32,000 nucleotides of DNA from an archaeon. Its GTDB lineage: Archaea; Iainarchaeota; Iainarchaeia; Iainarchaeales; JANQMZ01. The DNA lies in contig JANQMZ010000007.1 of NCBI GenBank assembly GCA_028279805.1, forward strand, positions 690,001-722,000, read 5' to 3'. Below the pieces are notes generated by a model. It searched no databases. It saw nothing but the letters and a program-made list of their open reading frames with translations, and was not told the origin of the DNA. The translations under genes were made by a program, and so were the position numbers. Positions 18,988 to 28,134 of the stretch are shown in pieces. Within the stretch, counting starts at the first letter, position 1; every line of letters starts with the position of its first letter.

Positions 18988-19968
18988 ATGTCTCCTGAGA
19001 ATGTGCAATTAACCAATCTTGACATCAAAATTCTTAAACATGTTTCAAATAACGGCTTGCTTTACCCCAAATCAAAAATTGCAAAGGATTTGAGAATTTC
19101 AGATTCAACACTTAATTACAGGCTTAATTATTTGGAAAAAAACAGAATAATTCTTGACTGCATTTACAGGTTTAATTTTAAAAAAATAGGCTTATCTACA
19201 ATGTCCTGGCTGTTTCTTAACATCAACCAGCAGGAAACACATTACAAAAAATTAATGGAAAAAATTTTTCAAACAAAAAACGTGGTTCTCGCATTGTCAG
19301 TAACAGGACAATATGATATTGCACTAAAACTTTACACTGAAAGAATGAGTGACATTCCCAAAATTGTTTCCGATTTGAAAAAAAAATTTAAAAAAGAAAT
19401 AATTAACACGCATTCTTTTATCTGTTCCCAAACTTTTAAATTTCACCAGCTTCCTTTTAAAGAATGTGAAAAAAATATTCCTGACCGGAAAGATTTCAAA
19501 ATATTAAAATATGCTTCCCAGAATACCAAAGCATCAATTAATGAAATCTCCAAAAAAATAGGAATTCACAGGAACACTGTAAGCAAAAGATGGAACAATC
19601 TTGTTGAAAACAAAATCATCTGGAAAAAAACGCCAATAATAAATTCAAGACACTGGGATGCAATCGGAAACTCAGTCAAATGTTTTCTTTTTATAGATGT
19701 AAAATCCGGTTATGCTGAAGAAGTTGCTGAAAAGCTTTTAAAATTTGACCAAATTCATGAACTTCAGATTTTAACTGACACTCCCGATATTTTAGCTGTT
19801 ACCAGGACAAAAAATATGATGGAACACCAGTATTTGATTAACAAAATTTATTCAACTTTTGGCAGTTTGATAATGAAAACAAAATCAAACGTTATAATGG
19901 ATTATGTTCAGTCTCAAAAAAGCATTCTTGATTTAACCGAACACAATTTCAATTCTATAAAAAAATGA
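18988..19968 (+). CDS. Tandem Lrp/AsnC-like DNA-binding protein (two HTH-RAM-like halves)
   Basis: First HTH: LTNLDIKILKHVSNNGLLYPKSKIAKDLRISDSTLNYRLNYLEKNRII. Second HTH: IPDRKDFKILKYASQNTKASINEISKKIGIHRNTVSKRWNNLVENKIIW. Each is followed by a RAM-like stretch. Confidence 0.75.
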   Translation: MSPENVQLTNLDIKILKHVSNNGLLYPKSKIAKDLRISDSTLNYRLNYLEKNRIILDCIYRFNFKKIGLSTMSWLFLNINQQETHYKKLMEKIFQTKNVVLALSVTGQYDIALKLYTERMSDIPKIVSDLKKKFKKEIINTHSFICSQTFKFHQLPFKECEKNIPDRKDFKILKYASQNTKASINEISKKIGIHRNTVSKRWNNLVENKIIWKKTPIINSRHWDAIGNSVKCFLFIDVKSGYAEEVAEKLLKFDQIHELQILTDTPDILAVTRTKNMMEHQYLINKIYSTFGSLIMKTKSNVIMDYVQSQKSILDLTEHNFNSIKK

Positions 19969-20239
19969 AAAAAATTAAAAACAGGCCGAATAAAATTGTG
20001 GCAATATCCCTGTTGTAATAGGAAGCTAATCCTGCTATTGCCGGAATAAGAATTATTAAAGGGCCGAATGAAGGTGCTCTTCCAACAACATAAAATCCTA
20101 TGGCTATTCCAATCATTAAAATCAGAAAAAGAAAAGCCACAAATTTGCTTATCTGACCAGAGATATAGTCAAGTATTCTTTGATACCACGGATCTGTTTT
20201 GCAAGTGTGCCCAGAACCGTGTTCATGCCCGTCACTCAT
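19955..20239 (-). CDS. Small membrane protein, unknown function (94 aa)
   Basis: MSDGHEHGSGHTC N-terminus, then hydrophobic helices FVAFLFLILMIGIAIGFYVVG and FGPLIILIPAIAGLASYY. Confidence 0.65.
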   Translation of the reverse strand: MSDGHEHGSGHTCKTDPWYQRILDYISGQISKFVAFLFLILMIGIAIGFYVVGRAPSFGPLIILIPAIAGLASYYNRDIATILFGLFLIFFIFL

Positions 20240-20324
20240 TATAAAGTATTATTTGTCTGTGTTTAAATAATTTTCTGGGCTTTAAAAACTCAGATATTTA
20301 TTTTTAATTGTGCTATTCCTTCAT

Positions 20325-20417
20325 ATGCCTGACAATCTTAATTCTTTTCTGCCTAAAACTGCCTGTTTTTTAACCGGTACCGCTGTTTCCCTGTTTATGG
20401 GGAGACTGATTAAATGA
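20325..20417 (+). CDS. Possible 30-aa upstream ORF
   Basis: Hand translation: MPDNLNSFLPKTACFLTGTAVSLFMGRLIK*. Its TGA overlaps the ATG of the next gene (AAATGAAA). Confidence 0.3.
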   Translation: MPDNLNSFLPKTACFLTGTAVSLFMGRLIK

Positions 20418-20845
20418 AAAAATTTTTTTACATTTTTTTATTGCTTTTTTTGTCAGCATGTGTTCAGCCCCAGTTTGAACAAGCATTTGTTGAAAGAGTT
20501 ATTGATGGTGACACAATTTTTCTTTCCACGCAGGAAAGAGTCAGATTAATTGGAATTAATGCCCCGGAAAAAAATCAGGCATGTTTTGAAGAATCTTTTC
20601 AAATGTTAAAACTTTTGATTGAGCAAAAAAATATTTCAATGCTGCGGGATATTTCAGAAAAAGACAAATACGGCCGGCTTTTAAGATATGTTTTTGTTGA
20701 AAATGAAAACATAAACCTGATAATGGTGCAAAAAGGCTTTGCTTTTTCTTTTCCTTTTGAGCCCGATGTAAAATTTGTTGAACAATTTAATAACGCTGAA
20801 CTTGTTTCAAAAAAATCGGGAAACGGATGTTTGTGGAAAAAATAA
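20414..20845 (+). CDS. Thermonuclease (SNase)-like protein with lipobox-like N-terminus
   Basis: FLLLFLSAC lipobox-like, VERVIDGDTIFLSTQERVRLIGINAPEKNQ, DKYGRLLRYVFVENENINLIMVQKGFAF. Confidence 0.88.
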   Translation: MKKFFYIFLLLFLSACVQPQFEQAFVERVIDGDTIFLSTQERVRLIGINAPEKNQACFEESFQMLKLLIEQKNISMLRDISEKDKYGRLLRYVFVENENINLIMVQKGFAFSFPFEPDVKFVEQFNNAELVSKKSGNGCLWKK

Positions 20846-20895
20846 AAAAAATTAAAAAAAAGAAAAAACGAGGTGGGAGCTAAGAGGGTAATTTT

Positions 20896-21084
20896 TTAGG
20901 CTATATCCAAAAGGGGTCCGGGATAAACTTTTTTCTTATATTCCATTACGCCTAATAGCTCGTAAAGGGCATTTCTAAGCTTTTTGTTTCCTCTTTGCCC
21001 TACTTCAGAGAAAAGCATTTCTTTCTGCATTTCAAGTTCTTCTAAAACCATCTGATGCATTTGATTTTTGGTTAAAAGCTTCAT
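20896..21084 (-). CDS. Small protein, unknown function (62 aa)
   Basis: MKLLTKNQMHQMVLEELEMQKEMLFSEVGQRGNKKLRNALYELLGVMEYKKKVYPGPLLDIA. TATA-like TTTATAAAG upstream; T-rich tract downstream on the minus strand. Confidence 0.6.
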   Translation of the reverse strand: MKLLTKNQMHQMVLEELEMQKEMLFSEVGQRGNKKLRNALYELLGVMEYKKKVYPGPLLDIA

Positions 21085-21194
21085 TTAAATCACCGTTTTT
21101 ATTATGCTTTGATTGCTTTATAAAGAACAGGATACACTTCATTTCCGTTGAGTTGGCGTGAGTTATTTTAACTATTATTGTATTACATTAAATC

Positions 21195-22322
21195 ATGTCA
21201 AATGCTTTTTCAAAATTTGTTAAGGATAACAAAATTTTCCGGGATGAACGTTACCTGTACCCTGAATTTGTTCCTGAAACATTGCCTCATCGTGATTCTG
21301 AAATTGATGAAATAGCTTTTGCATTGCAGCCTGTTTTAAAAGGAGGCAAGCCTCAGAACATTTTTGTTTCCGGTGTTTCCGGAACAGGCAAAACGGTTAC
21401 TGTTAAAAGTGTTTTAAGGCAGCTTGAAGAATTTAGTGACAGAGCCAAAAGTGTTTACTTGAATTGTTTTGAATTTAAAACCCGTTATTCAATTCTTTCA
21501 AAAATTACAAATTTTTTGGGACATCCTGTTCCGCGCAGGGGAATTGCGGCTGATGAAGTTTTTGACCAGATGCTTAACGCTTTAAAAAAAATTGATTTTA
21601 CTCCTGTAATTGTTCTGGATGAATTTGACCAGTTGATTGAAAAAGATGAAGCGTCAAAAATTTTGTATGATTTGTTAAGAGTTTCAGATTATCAAAAGTC
21701 AAGATTTGGTTTAATTATTTTGTCAAATGATTCTGAGTTAATAACAAAACTTGATTCAAGAGTTAAAAGTTCTTTAAATTCGCAGGCAATCGAATTTAAG
21801 CCTTATACTCCTCAGCAATTAAAAGATATTTTAAAGGAACGATGCAAGTATGCTTTTTTTGACAATGTTTTGGGAAAAGATGTTATTAATGTTGCTGCTG
21901 CCCATGCTGCCAAAAATAATGGTGATGCAAGAATTGCAATTGAAGCTTTGTTAAAAGCGGGGCGTTTGGCGGTGAGAGAAAATTCTCCCAAAGTTTCTGT
22001 TGAACAATTAAAAAAAGCTTTTAATTTGACGGAAACAAGGCAGCTCCAAAAATCTTTCCCTTCACTGGATTTTAATGAAAAAATTTTGCTTAAAATTTTA
22101 ACGGAAAAAGACAAAATAAATTCAGGGGATTTGTTTGAGGAGTATAAAAAAATTTCAAAAGAGCCTTTAACTGAAAGGTCTTTCAGGTCAAAAATTTCAA
22201 GGCTTGAAAAATTAAAACTTGTTAAAACAATGCCTGTTGAAAAAGGAATTCATGGTAAAACAAGAAAAATAAGCCTTTTTATTGAGAAAAAAGAGCTTTT
22301 GCAGAAGCTTGAACAGGCTTAA
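21195..22322 (+). CDS. cdc6: Orc1/Cdc6 family replication initiator
   Basis: VSGVSGTGKTVTVKSVLRQL (Walker A), VIVLDEFDQLI (Walker B), C-terminal winged-helix region. Confidence 0.93.
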   Translation: MSNAFSKFVKDNKIFRDERYLYPEFVPETLPHRDSEIDEIAFALQPVLKGGKPQNIFVSGVSGTGKTVTVKSVLRQLEEFSDRAKSVYLNCFEFKTRYSILSKITNFLGHPVPRRGIAADEVFDQMLNALKKIDFTPVIVLDEFDQLIEKDEASKILYDLLRVSDYQKSRFGLIILSNDSELITKLDSRVKSSLNSQAIEFKPYTPQQLKDILKERCKYAFFDNVLGKDVINVAAAHAAKNNGDARIAIEALLKAGRLAVRENSPKVSVEQLKKAFNLTETRQLQKSFPSLDFNEKILLKILTEKDKINSGDLFEEYKKISKEPLTERSFRSKISRLEKLKLVKTMPVEKGIHGKTRKISLFIEKKELLQKLEQA

Positions 22323-22337
22323 GAATTTTAAAATTTT

Positions 22338-23522
22338 TTAATTTTTCAGATTAATTTTCACAATATCATTATTTTGCAGTGCCGATTCTTTTCCGAGTTT
22401 TTGATTTGTTTTACAGTTAACTGCCGAAATAAACCTGTTGCCAAAATCTGAGTGAATTTTAAAAGCCAAATCCAGTGCGTTTGAATTTTTTTTAATAAGG
22501 TAGGAATCAGGCAAAACATTTCCTTTCCCTGAAACCCATTTGTTTGCATCCTGTACAGGATAAACAATAATCATGTCAAGCAGTTCAAAAACAGTTTTGT
22601 TTAAAATTTTCTGAACTCCTGTCCCGTTAAATTTTTTTAAAACATTTTCTCTGATAAAATTTAAACCTTGTTCCTGTTTTTTGTCCATTTGTTTTAAATT
22701 TTGAAAATCGTTTTCTCCTGAAACATATTTTATTAATCCTTTCTCATGAGCTCTTTTTAATGCAAGTTCTGATTCGGATGAACATTCGATGAATTGTTTT
22801 TCCGGAAATTTTTTCTGCAATTGTTTAAAATTTTTTTCAGCTTCATTTAAATCAATTTTATTGCATGCATAAATAACCGGTTTTGATTTTTTTACTAATT
22901 CTGTTACAAATTTTAACAAATCTTCATCTTTCCAGTTTTTTGTATTGTCAAAATTGTTTTCTGTTAAAACTGTTTTAACATGTTTTTCGGTTATTCCCAG
23001 TCCGCTTAAATTTTCTGCTAAAATTTTTTCAGGTTTTTTTGAAACTCCTGCTGTTTTTGAAATTTTATCCCAGTTTTTTTCCAAAATTCCTTTTAACCAG
23101 TAATTAATTTCTTTTTCCAGAAACAAAACCTGTTCTTCCGGGTTTTTGTTATTCGGATTAGTGTTTCCTTCAACATCTGTCTGCCCTGAAACATCAATTA
23201 CCTGAATTAATGCTTTTGAAATCATTATTTCGCTTAAAAATTTGTTGCCTAATCCTTTTCCCTGCCATGCATCCGGAACCAGGCCTGCAACATCCCACAA
23301 TTTTACCGCAGTAAACCTGTTGCCGTTAATGCAGTAACCTGTTTGAGGCTGGCATTCCGTTTTTAAATCAGTATGAGGGCAGCTTGTTTTAACAAAAGCA
23401 GTGCCCTGATTTGCTTTTATTGTCACAAAAGGCCTGTTGCCTGTTTCAGCGTTTTGCATTGTAGCAGCATTAAAAAAAGTGCTTTTTCCTGTGTTTGGAG
23501 AACCAACCAAGCCAATTTCCAT
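22338..23522 (-). CDS. YchF/Obg-like GTP-binding protein (archaeal)
   Basis: MEIGLVGSPNTGKSTFFNAAT (G1), LWDVAGLVPDAWQGKGLGNKFL (G3), YACNKIDL (G4), C-terminal TGS-like domain. Confidence 0.93.
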   Translation of the reverse strand: MEIGLVGSPNTGKSTFFNAATMQNAETGNRPFVTIKANQGTAFVKTSCPHTDLKTECQPQTGYCINGNRFTAVKLWDVAGLVPDAWQGKGLGNKFLSEIMISKALIQVIDVSGQTDVEGNTNPNNKNPEEQVLFLEKEINYWLKGILEKNWDKISKTAGVSKKPEKILAENLSGLGITEKHVKTVLTENNFDNTKNWKDEDLLKFVTELVKKSKPVIYACNKIDLNEAEKNFKQLQKKFPEKQFIECSSESELALKRAHEKGLIKYVSGENDFQNLKQMDKKQEQGLNFIRENVLKKFNGTGVQKILNKTVFELLDMIIVYPVQDANKWVSGKGNVLPDSYLIKKNSNALDLAFKIHSDFGNRFISAVNCKTNQKLGKESALQNNDIVKINLKN

Positions 23523-23576
23523 GATTTGAATTTTAATTCAAAAGTGCTTTTAACTCTTTTCAAGCTTTTTTTTAAT

Positions 23577-24980
23577 ATGGATGCAGAGTTATTCACGGAT
23601 AGATTTTTTCCCAAGAATTTTGAACAATTTATAGGCAATTCGGATATTGTTCAAAAAGCACAAAAATGGGCAGAACAATGGAATGAAAACAAAAAACAAA
23701 AACCATTATTTTTCCACGGAGTTCCCGGAAACGGAAAAACAGCGTTGGCATTGCTGTTGGCAGAGCAAAACAACTGGGATGTTTTTGAATTAAACGCATC
23801 TGATTTGCGTTCAAAAGATGTTATTGAAAAACTTGTCAGTGCAGCTTCCCAGTCTTCAAGTTTTTCAGGCAAAAAAAGATTAATTTTGCTGGATGAAATT
23901 GACGGTTTGCAAAAACAGGATAAAGGCGGGGCACAAGCTGTGTTAAAAATTTTAAAAGAATCAAATAACCCTGTTATTTTAACAGCCAATGATGTGTATG
24001 CAAATCAAAATCTTGCAATGCTTCGTGCAAATTCTGAGTTATTGCATTTTAAAAAAATTAATTATTTGTCAGTTGCAAAAAGATTAAGGGAATTGTGCAG
24101 AGAATTAAATGTTGAATTTGAGGATGAAGCAGTGAAAGAATTGGCTCAAAATTCTTCAGGGGATATGAGGGCGGCATTGTTTGATTTGCAGACTCTTTCC
24201 TCAAAAAAAATAACAATGCAGTCTTTAAATGATTTGGGTGCAAGGGAAAGAAATGAAAACATTTTCAAAACAATTCAGCAAATTTTCAGGGCTAAAAATT
24301 TTAAGCAAGTTCAACAAGCCCGCTTTAAATCTGAAGTTGATTTGGATATGCTTGAACGCTGGATTGAAGAAAATATTCCCCGTGAATTTAATTCAAAGGA
24401 TACCGCATTAGCCTTTGATGTTTTTTCAAAAGCTGATGTTTTAAACGGCCGGGTTTTCAGGCACCAGTATTACGGTTTCAAAAGATATTCTTCAGAGTTA
24501 ATGACTTCAGGCGTTTCATTAATACGTGAAAACGATTATCATGGCTGGGCAAAATATCAGTTTCCCCAGATTATCAAAAAACTTGGTTCAGCCAAACCTG
24601 TCAGAACTTTGAAGAAAAATATTTGCACAAAAATAGGAAAACAAATCCATTCATCCTCAAAACAGGTTTTAACGAACGAATTGCCTGTTTTAATTGAATT
24701 TTTTAAGGATAAGGAAAAAGCCGCTTTGCTGTCCGCCCAGTTTGATTTTTCTTTACAGGAAATTGCTTTTTTAATGCAGTCAAAGCCTGACACCAAAAAA
24801 GTTCAAACAGTTTTTGAAAATTCCCAGAAAATAAGGGAGAAAAAAATTTCAGAGCAAAGAATTCAAAAAAAAGAACACGTGCCTTTAACAAAAACAGTTA
24901 AAACAAAAAAATCAGAAAACTCTGAGCAAAAAAAATCCAAAAAAAGTTCAAATGATTCAAATCAGACAAAATTGTTTTAA
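23577..24980 (+). CDS. rfcL: Replication factor C large subunit
   Basis: MDAELFTDRFFPKNFEQFIGNSDIV, HGVPGNGKTALALLLAEQNNWDVFELNASDLR, LLDEIDGLQ. The tracked 23373 start would overlap the divergent GTPase gene; the 23577 start is supported by the homologous N-terminus. Confidence 0.92.
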   Translation: MDAELFTDRFFPKNFEQFIGNSDIVQKAQKWAEQWNENKKQKPLFFHGVPGNGKTALALLLAEQNNWDVFELNASDLRSKDVIEKLVSAASQSSSFSGKKRLILLDEIDGLQKQDKGGAQAVLKILKESNNPVILTANDVYANQNLAMLRANSELLHFKKINYLSVAKRLRELCRELNVEFEDEAVKELAQNSSGDMRAALFDLQTLSSKKITMQSLNDLGARERNENIFKTIQQIFRAKNFKQVQQARFKSEVDLDMLERWIEENIPREFNSKDTALAFDVFSKADVLNGRVFRHQYYGFKRYSSELMTSGVSLIRENDYHGWAKYQFPQIIKKLGSAKPVRTLKKNICTKIGKQIHSSSKQVLTNELPVLIEFFKDKEKAALLSAQFDFSLQEIAFLMQSKPDTKKVQTVFENSQKIREKKISEQRIQKKEHVPLTKTVKTKKSENSEQKKSKKSSNDSNQTKLF

Positions 24981-26623
24981 AATTCCAATTCCAATACAGC
25001 GGTTTTTTCTTTTAATCCGAATTTTTCCATTGTTTTTTTTGAAACTATTCCTATAATTCCCCGGTTTAACCCTATTTTTATTTCCGCACTTTTTCCTTTT
25101 TCAAATAATTCCAAATCTTTTTTTGTTAAAGAATAATTCCATGCAAATGCTTTGCATAAGGAATCCAGATGGCTTTTAATTTTGTTAAAATCTGTGCTTT
25201 TATCAGATAAAGTTATGCAAACCGATTCATTTTCCTTTACTCCTGTTTCTTTTTTTGAATCTAATTCCAGAGTGTTTCCAATTTCAAAAATTTTCTGAGG
25301 AAATTCATATCTTTTATTTTTCTGTAAAAATTCCAGGTGTTCCGGGATTATTTTTTTTCTGAAAACACCCCATTCTTTTGAAACCGGATTTGCAAGTTCA
25401 ACAAAATTTTTTTCACCAATGCTTTTCTGTTTTTCACCTGATGTCAAATTGAATGTTAAAATTTCCTGCAAACCCATTCCGACACAAACATCCCTCACTT
25501 TGTCAACAAGCAAAGTTTTTTCAAGTTCTTTTCCCTTGACATCCATTTCAATTTTTTCAAGTTCAATGTTGTTATAGCCTTTGCTTATCAGAATATCCTC
25601 AATTATGTCAACTGCGTGTAAAACATCCTGCCTGTAATCAGGGTATTCAACTTCAATTTTTTTGCCTTTAATTTTTGGATTCATTCCAGCTTTTTTTATT
25701 AATTCTGTTAATTCTTTTTTTTCAATTTTTAATCCTGAAATTTTTTCAATCAGACTTAATTCAAATGAAATTTTTTTGGTTCCAAATTCAGGCGTTAAAA
25801 TGCTTTTTTTTGGATATAAAGGCCTTTTTGGAAAAATCATTTTAACTGTTTCAATTTTGGCTCCCCTGTCCATTAAGGCCATGCTCATTATTTTTAATGC
25901 GGTATTGCATGTATTCCAATTAAAGCCTGTTACTTCCAGAAAAATGTTTTTTGTTTTTTTTGTTATTTTTCCGCTTTTTTCTGAATTGATTATTGGAGGC
26001 ATTGATGCAACAACATTTTCTGAATCAATTACAATAGGATAATTTTCAGATTCTTCCAGCAAATAACCAAATTCTTTTCCTTTCGGATGCTCTCTTAAAA
26101 TTTGTTTCGGATTCATTTCTTTTGAAAATTCCAGCGGAACAAATTTTATTTCACTATTTTTATAACCTTTGTAAAAAACAGGTGGAACCATTTCATCCAG
26201 ATCATATAAGCCAATGCCTGTTTCTTTTCTTTTTCTTCCGAAAGTTGTGCCTATTTTTTCCTGTAACTGAATTATTTGTTCCAACAAGTGTTCTGTTACT
26301 TTAACATTTTTTATAATCGCACAGGTTATGAATGGTCTTGTTTTTGTAACACTTTTTTCAATTGTGCATGAAATTTTTCCTTTAATTGTTTTATATTTTG
26401 GCAGTCCTTTTGTTTTTCCCGTTCTTGTTTTTATTTCTCTTGCAATTCCTTCCGCGCTCCACAAATCAGGCCTGTTTGTTTCTTTTACATCAATTTTTAA
26501 TTCTTCCCCGAATTCATCTAATTCTCCTTTTACAAACATTAACATTTTTTCCAATTCTTTTTTTGAAAGTTTTTTTCCTATAAGCTGGCATAAATCCTTA
26601 TAATTTGCTGTTATTGTTGGCAT
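24977..26623 (-). CDS. pheT: Phenylalanyl-tRNA synthetase beta subunit (archaeal type)
   Basis: MPTITANYKDLCQLIGKKLSKKELE, ADLWSAEGIAREIK-like RPDLWSAEGIAREI, YRQDVLHAVDIIEDILISKGYNNIE. The MPTIT start overlaps the pheS stop as TAATG; the tracked ORF extends to 26656. Confidence 0.94.
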   Translation of the reverse strand: MPTITANYKDLCQLIGKKLSKKELEKMLMFVKGELDEFGEELKIDVKETNRPDLWSAEGIAREIKTRTGKTKGLPKYKTIKGKISCTIEKSVTKTRPFITCAIIKNVKVTEHLLEQIIQLQEKIGTTFGRKRKETGIGLYDLDEMVPPVFYKGYKNSEIKFVPLEFSKEMNPKQILREHPKGKEFGYLLEESENYPIVIDSENVVASMPPIINSEKSGKITKKTKNIFLEVTGFNWNTCNTALKIMSMALMDRGAKIETVKMIFPKRPLYPKKSILTPEFGTKKISFELSLIEKISGLKIEKKELTELIKKAGMNPKIKGKKIEVEYPDYRQDVLHAVDIIEDILISKGYNNIELEKIEMDVKGKELEKTLLVDKVRDVCVGMGLQEILTFNLTSGEKQKSIGEKNFVELANPVSKEWGVFRKKIIPEHLEFLQKNKRYEFPQKIFEIGNTLELDSKKETGVKENESVCITLSDKSTDFNKIKSHLDSLCKAFAWNYSLTKKDLELFEKGKSAEIKIGLNRGIIGIVSKKTMEKFGLKEKTAVLELEF

Positions 26624-28062
26624 TATTTTATCACCATTTTTGAATCTCTTAACCATTGTAAATTGTCTGAAAATAATTCCCTTATGTCTTTTATTCCAAG
26701 CTTAAACATTGCAAGCCTGTCAATTCCCAAACCCCATGCTATTGCCTGCCCTTTTATTCCAAGGTTTTCAAGTAATTCCGGCCTGAACATTCCTGCGCCC
26801 CCCAGTTCCATCCACCCAAGTTTTGGATGTTTTGCGCTTAACTGAACTGATGGCTCGGTAAAAGGATAATAATCGGGGTAAAAACGCACTTTTTTTGCTC
26901 CCGCGATTTCTGTTGCAAAATCTTTTAAAATTCCCAAAAGATGCTTAAAATTTAAGTTTTTGTCAACAACAAAACCCTCAACCTGATTAAATTCAATTAA
27001 ATGAGTTGAATCGATTACGTCCGGCCTGAAACAACGGGCAATTGCAAAATATTTGCCGGGCATTTCAACTCCTTTAACCAACTGTTTTGCTGAATGAGCT
27101 GTTCCATGTGCTGCCGGCATAATCCTTGCAGCAATATTTTCAAGCCAGGAATATCTCCAGCCGCTTGAAGCTGATATGCCTCCGTGTTCATGTGCATCTT
27201 TTATTGATTTTACAATTTTTTTATCAGGCAGTCTGCCCTGTTTTGGTTTTATTAACTGGTATGTGTCACTCCATGTTCTTGCAGGATGGTTTTGAGGCTG
27301 AAACAAAACATCAAAATTGTAAAATTCCTGCACAATCAAAGGCGATTCCATTTCTTTGAATCCTAATTCTGTTAGTTTTCTTCTGATGCTGTTCAAAAAC
27401 TGAACATATGGTTGTTTTTTTCCAATGTAAAAAGGTTCAACCTGTTCATCCAAAACAAATGTTCTTTTTTTAACTTTTTTTAACAATTCGTAAACTTTTT
27501 TTCCTTTTTCTGACAATTCCATTTTTATTTCTTTAACTGTTTTTTCTTCAATTAATCCCCGTTCAGTTAATCCTGAAACATTTTCAGTTTTTTCATTGTT
27601 TTTAATTTTTTTTAAAATTTTTTCTTCTTCAGATTCTTTTGCTGAAAATTCTTTTCCGACACTTGTTGCTGAAACTAACCCGTTTTCAATTGCAATAAAA
27701 GAATTTTTTTTGTTTTCACCTAATGCCGCATTCACTTCCTCTTTTTCAAGTGAAGCTTTTTCCGCAAGTTCACTGATTGAAATTTTTTCTTTTAAAACTG
27801 TTTTAAGCAAACGCTTTTCAGGCAAACCTTTTTCCAATGCCTTTAATCCTTTTTTTGTTAAAACTTTTTTTGTTTTTATTTTGCTCTTTGTCAAAGCCAG
27901 TTTTTTATGGGCAAGCCATTCTGTTGCTCTTCTTGCCGAGTCTATGTTTAATTTTGTTGCTTTTATTAATTCTTCAAATGTTAACTGTTTTTGCTTAACA
28001 AGTGCTTTTAACGCGGTTTTTTCTATTTCCGATAATTCTTCAGCTAACTTTAATTCGCTCAA
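26623..28062 (-). CDS. pheS: Phenylalanyl-tRNA synthetase alpha subunit
   Basis: ESPLIVQEFYNFDVLFQPQNHPAR, ARCFRPDVIDSTHLIEFNQVEGFVVD, AWGLGIDRLAMFKLGIKDIRELFSDNLQWLR, plus N-terminal HTH-like domains. Confidence 0.96.
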   Translation of the reverse strand: MSELKLAEELSEIEKTALKALVKQKQLTFEELIKATKLNIDSARRATEWLAHKKLALTKSKIKTKKVLTKKGLKALEKGLPEKRLLKTVLKEKISISELAEKASLEKEEVNAALGENKKNSFIAIENGLVSATSVGKEFSAKESEEEKILKKIKNNEKTENVSGLTERGLIEEKTVKEIKMELSEKGKKVYELLKKVKKRTFVLDEQVEPFYIGKKQPYVQFLNSIRRKLTELGFKEMESPLIVQEFYNFDVLFQPQNHPARTWSDTYQLIKPKQGRLPDKKIVKSIKDAHEHGGISASSGWRYSWLENIAARIMPAAHGTAHSAKQLVKGVEMPGKYFAIARCFRPDVIDSTHLIEFNQVEGFVVDKNLNFKHLLGILKDFATEIAGAKKVRFYPDYYPFTEPSVQLSAKHPKLGWMELGGAGMFRPELLENLGIKGQAIAWGLGIDRLAMFKLGIKDIRELFSDNLQWLRDSKMVIK

Positions 28063-28134
28063 AAAAACACCTTTTTTTATGCTTTTATTAATGGCATTAG
28101 TAATTTAAAGTATTTTTGCCAAGCTTTTTTTTGT

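Noticed and set aside
23373-23576. N-terminal 68-aa extension of the RfcL ORF
   Set aside because: Overlaps the start of the divergent YchF-like GTPase gene and does not resemble RfcL; the normal N-terminus begins at MDAEL (23577).
27596-28108. 170-aa plus-strand ORF
   Set aside because: Antisense to pheS; low-complexity Ser/Phe-rich translation typical of antisense to Lys/Glu-rich coding sequence.
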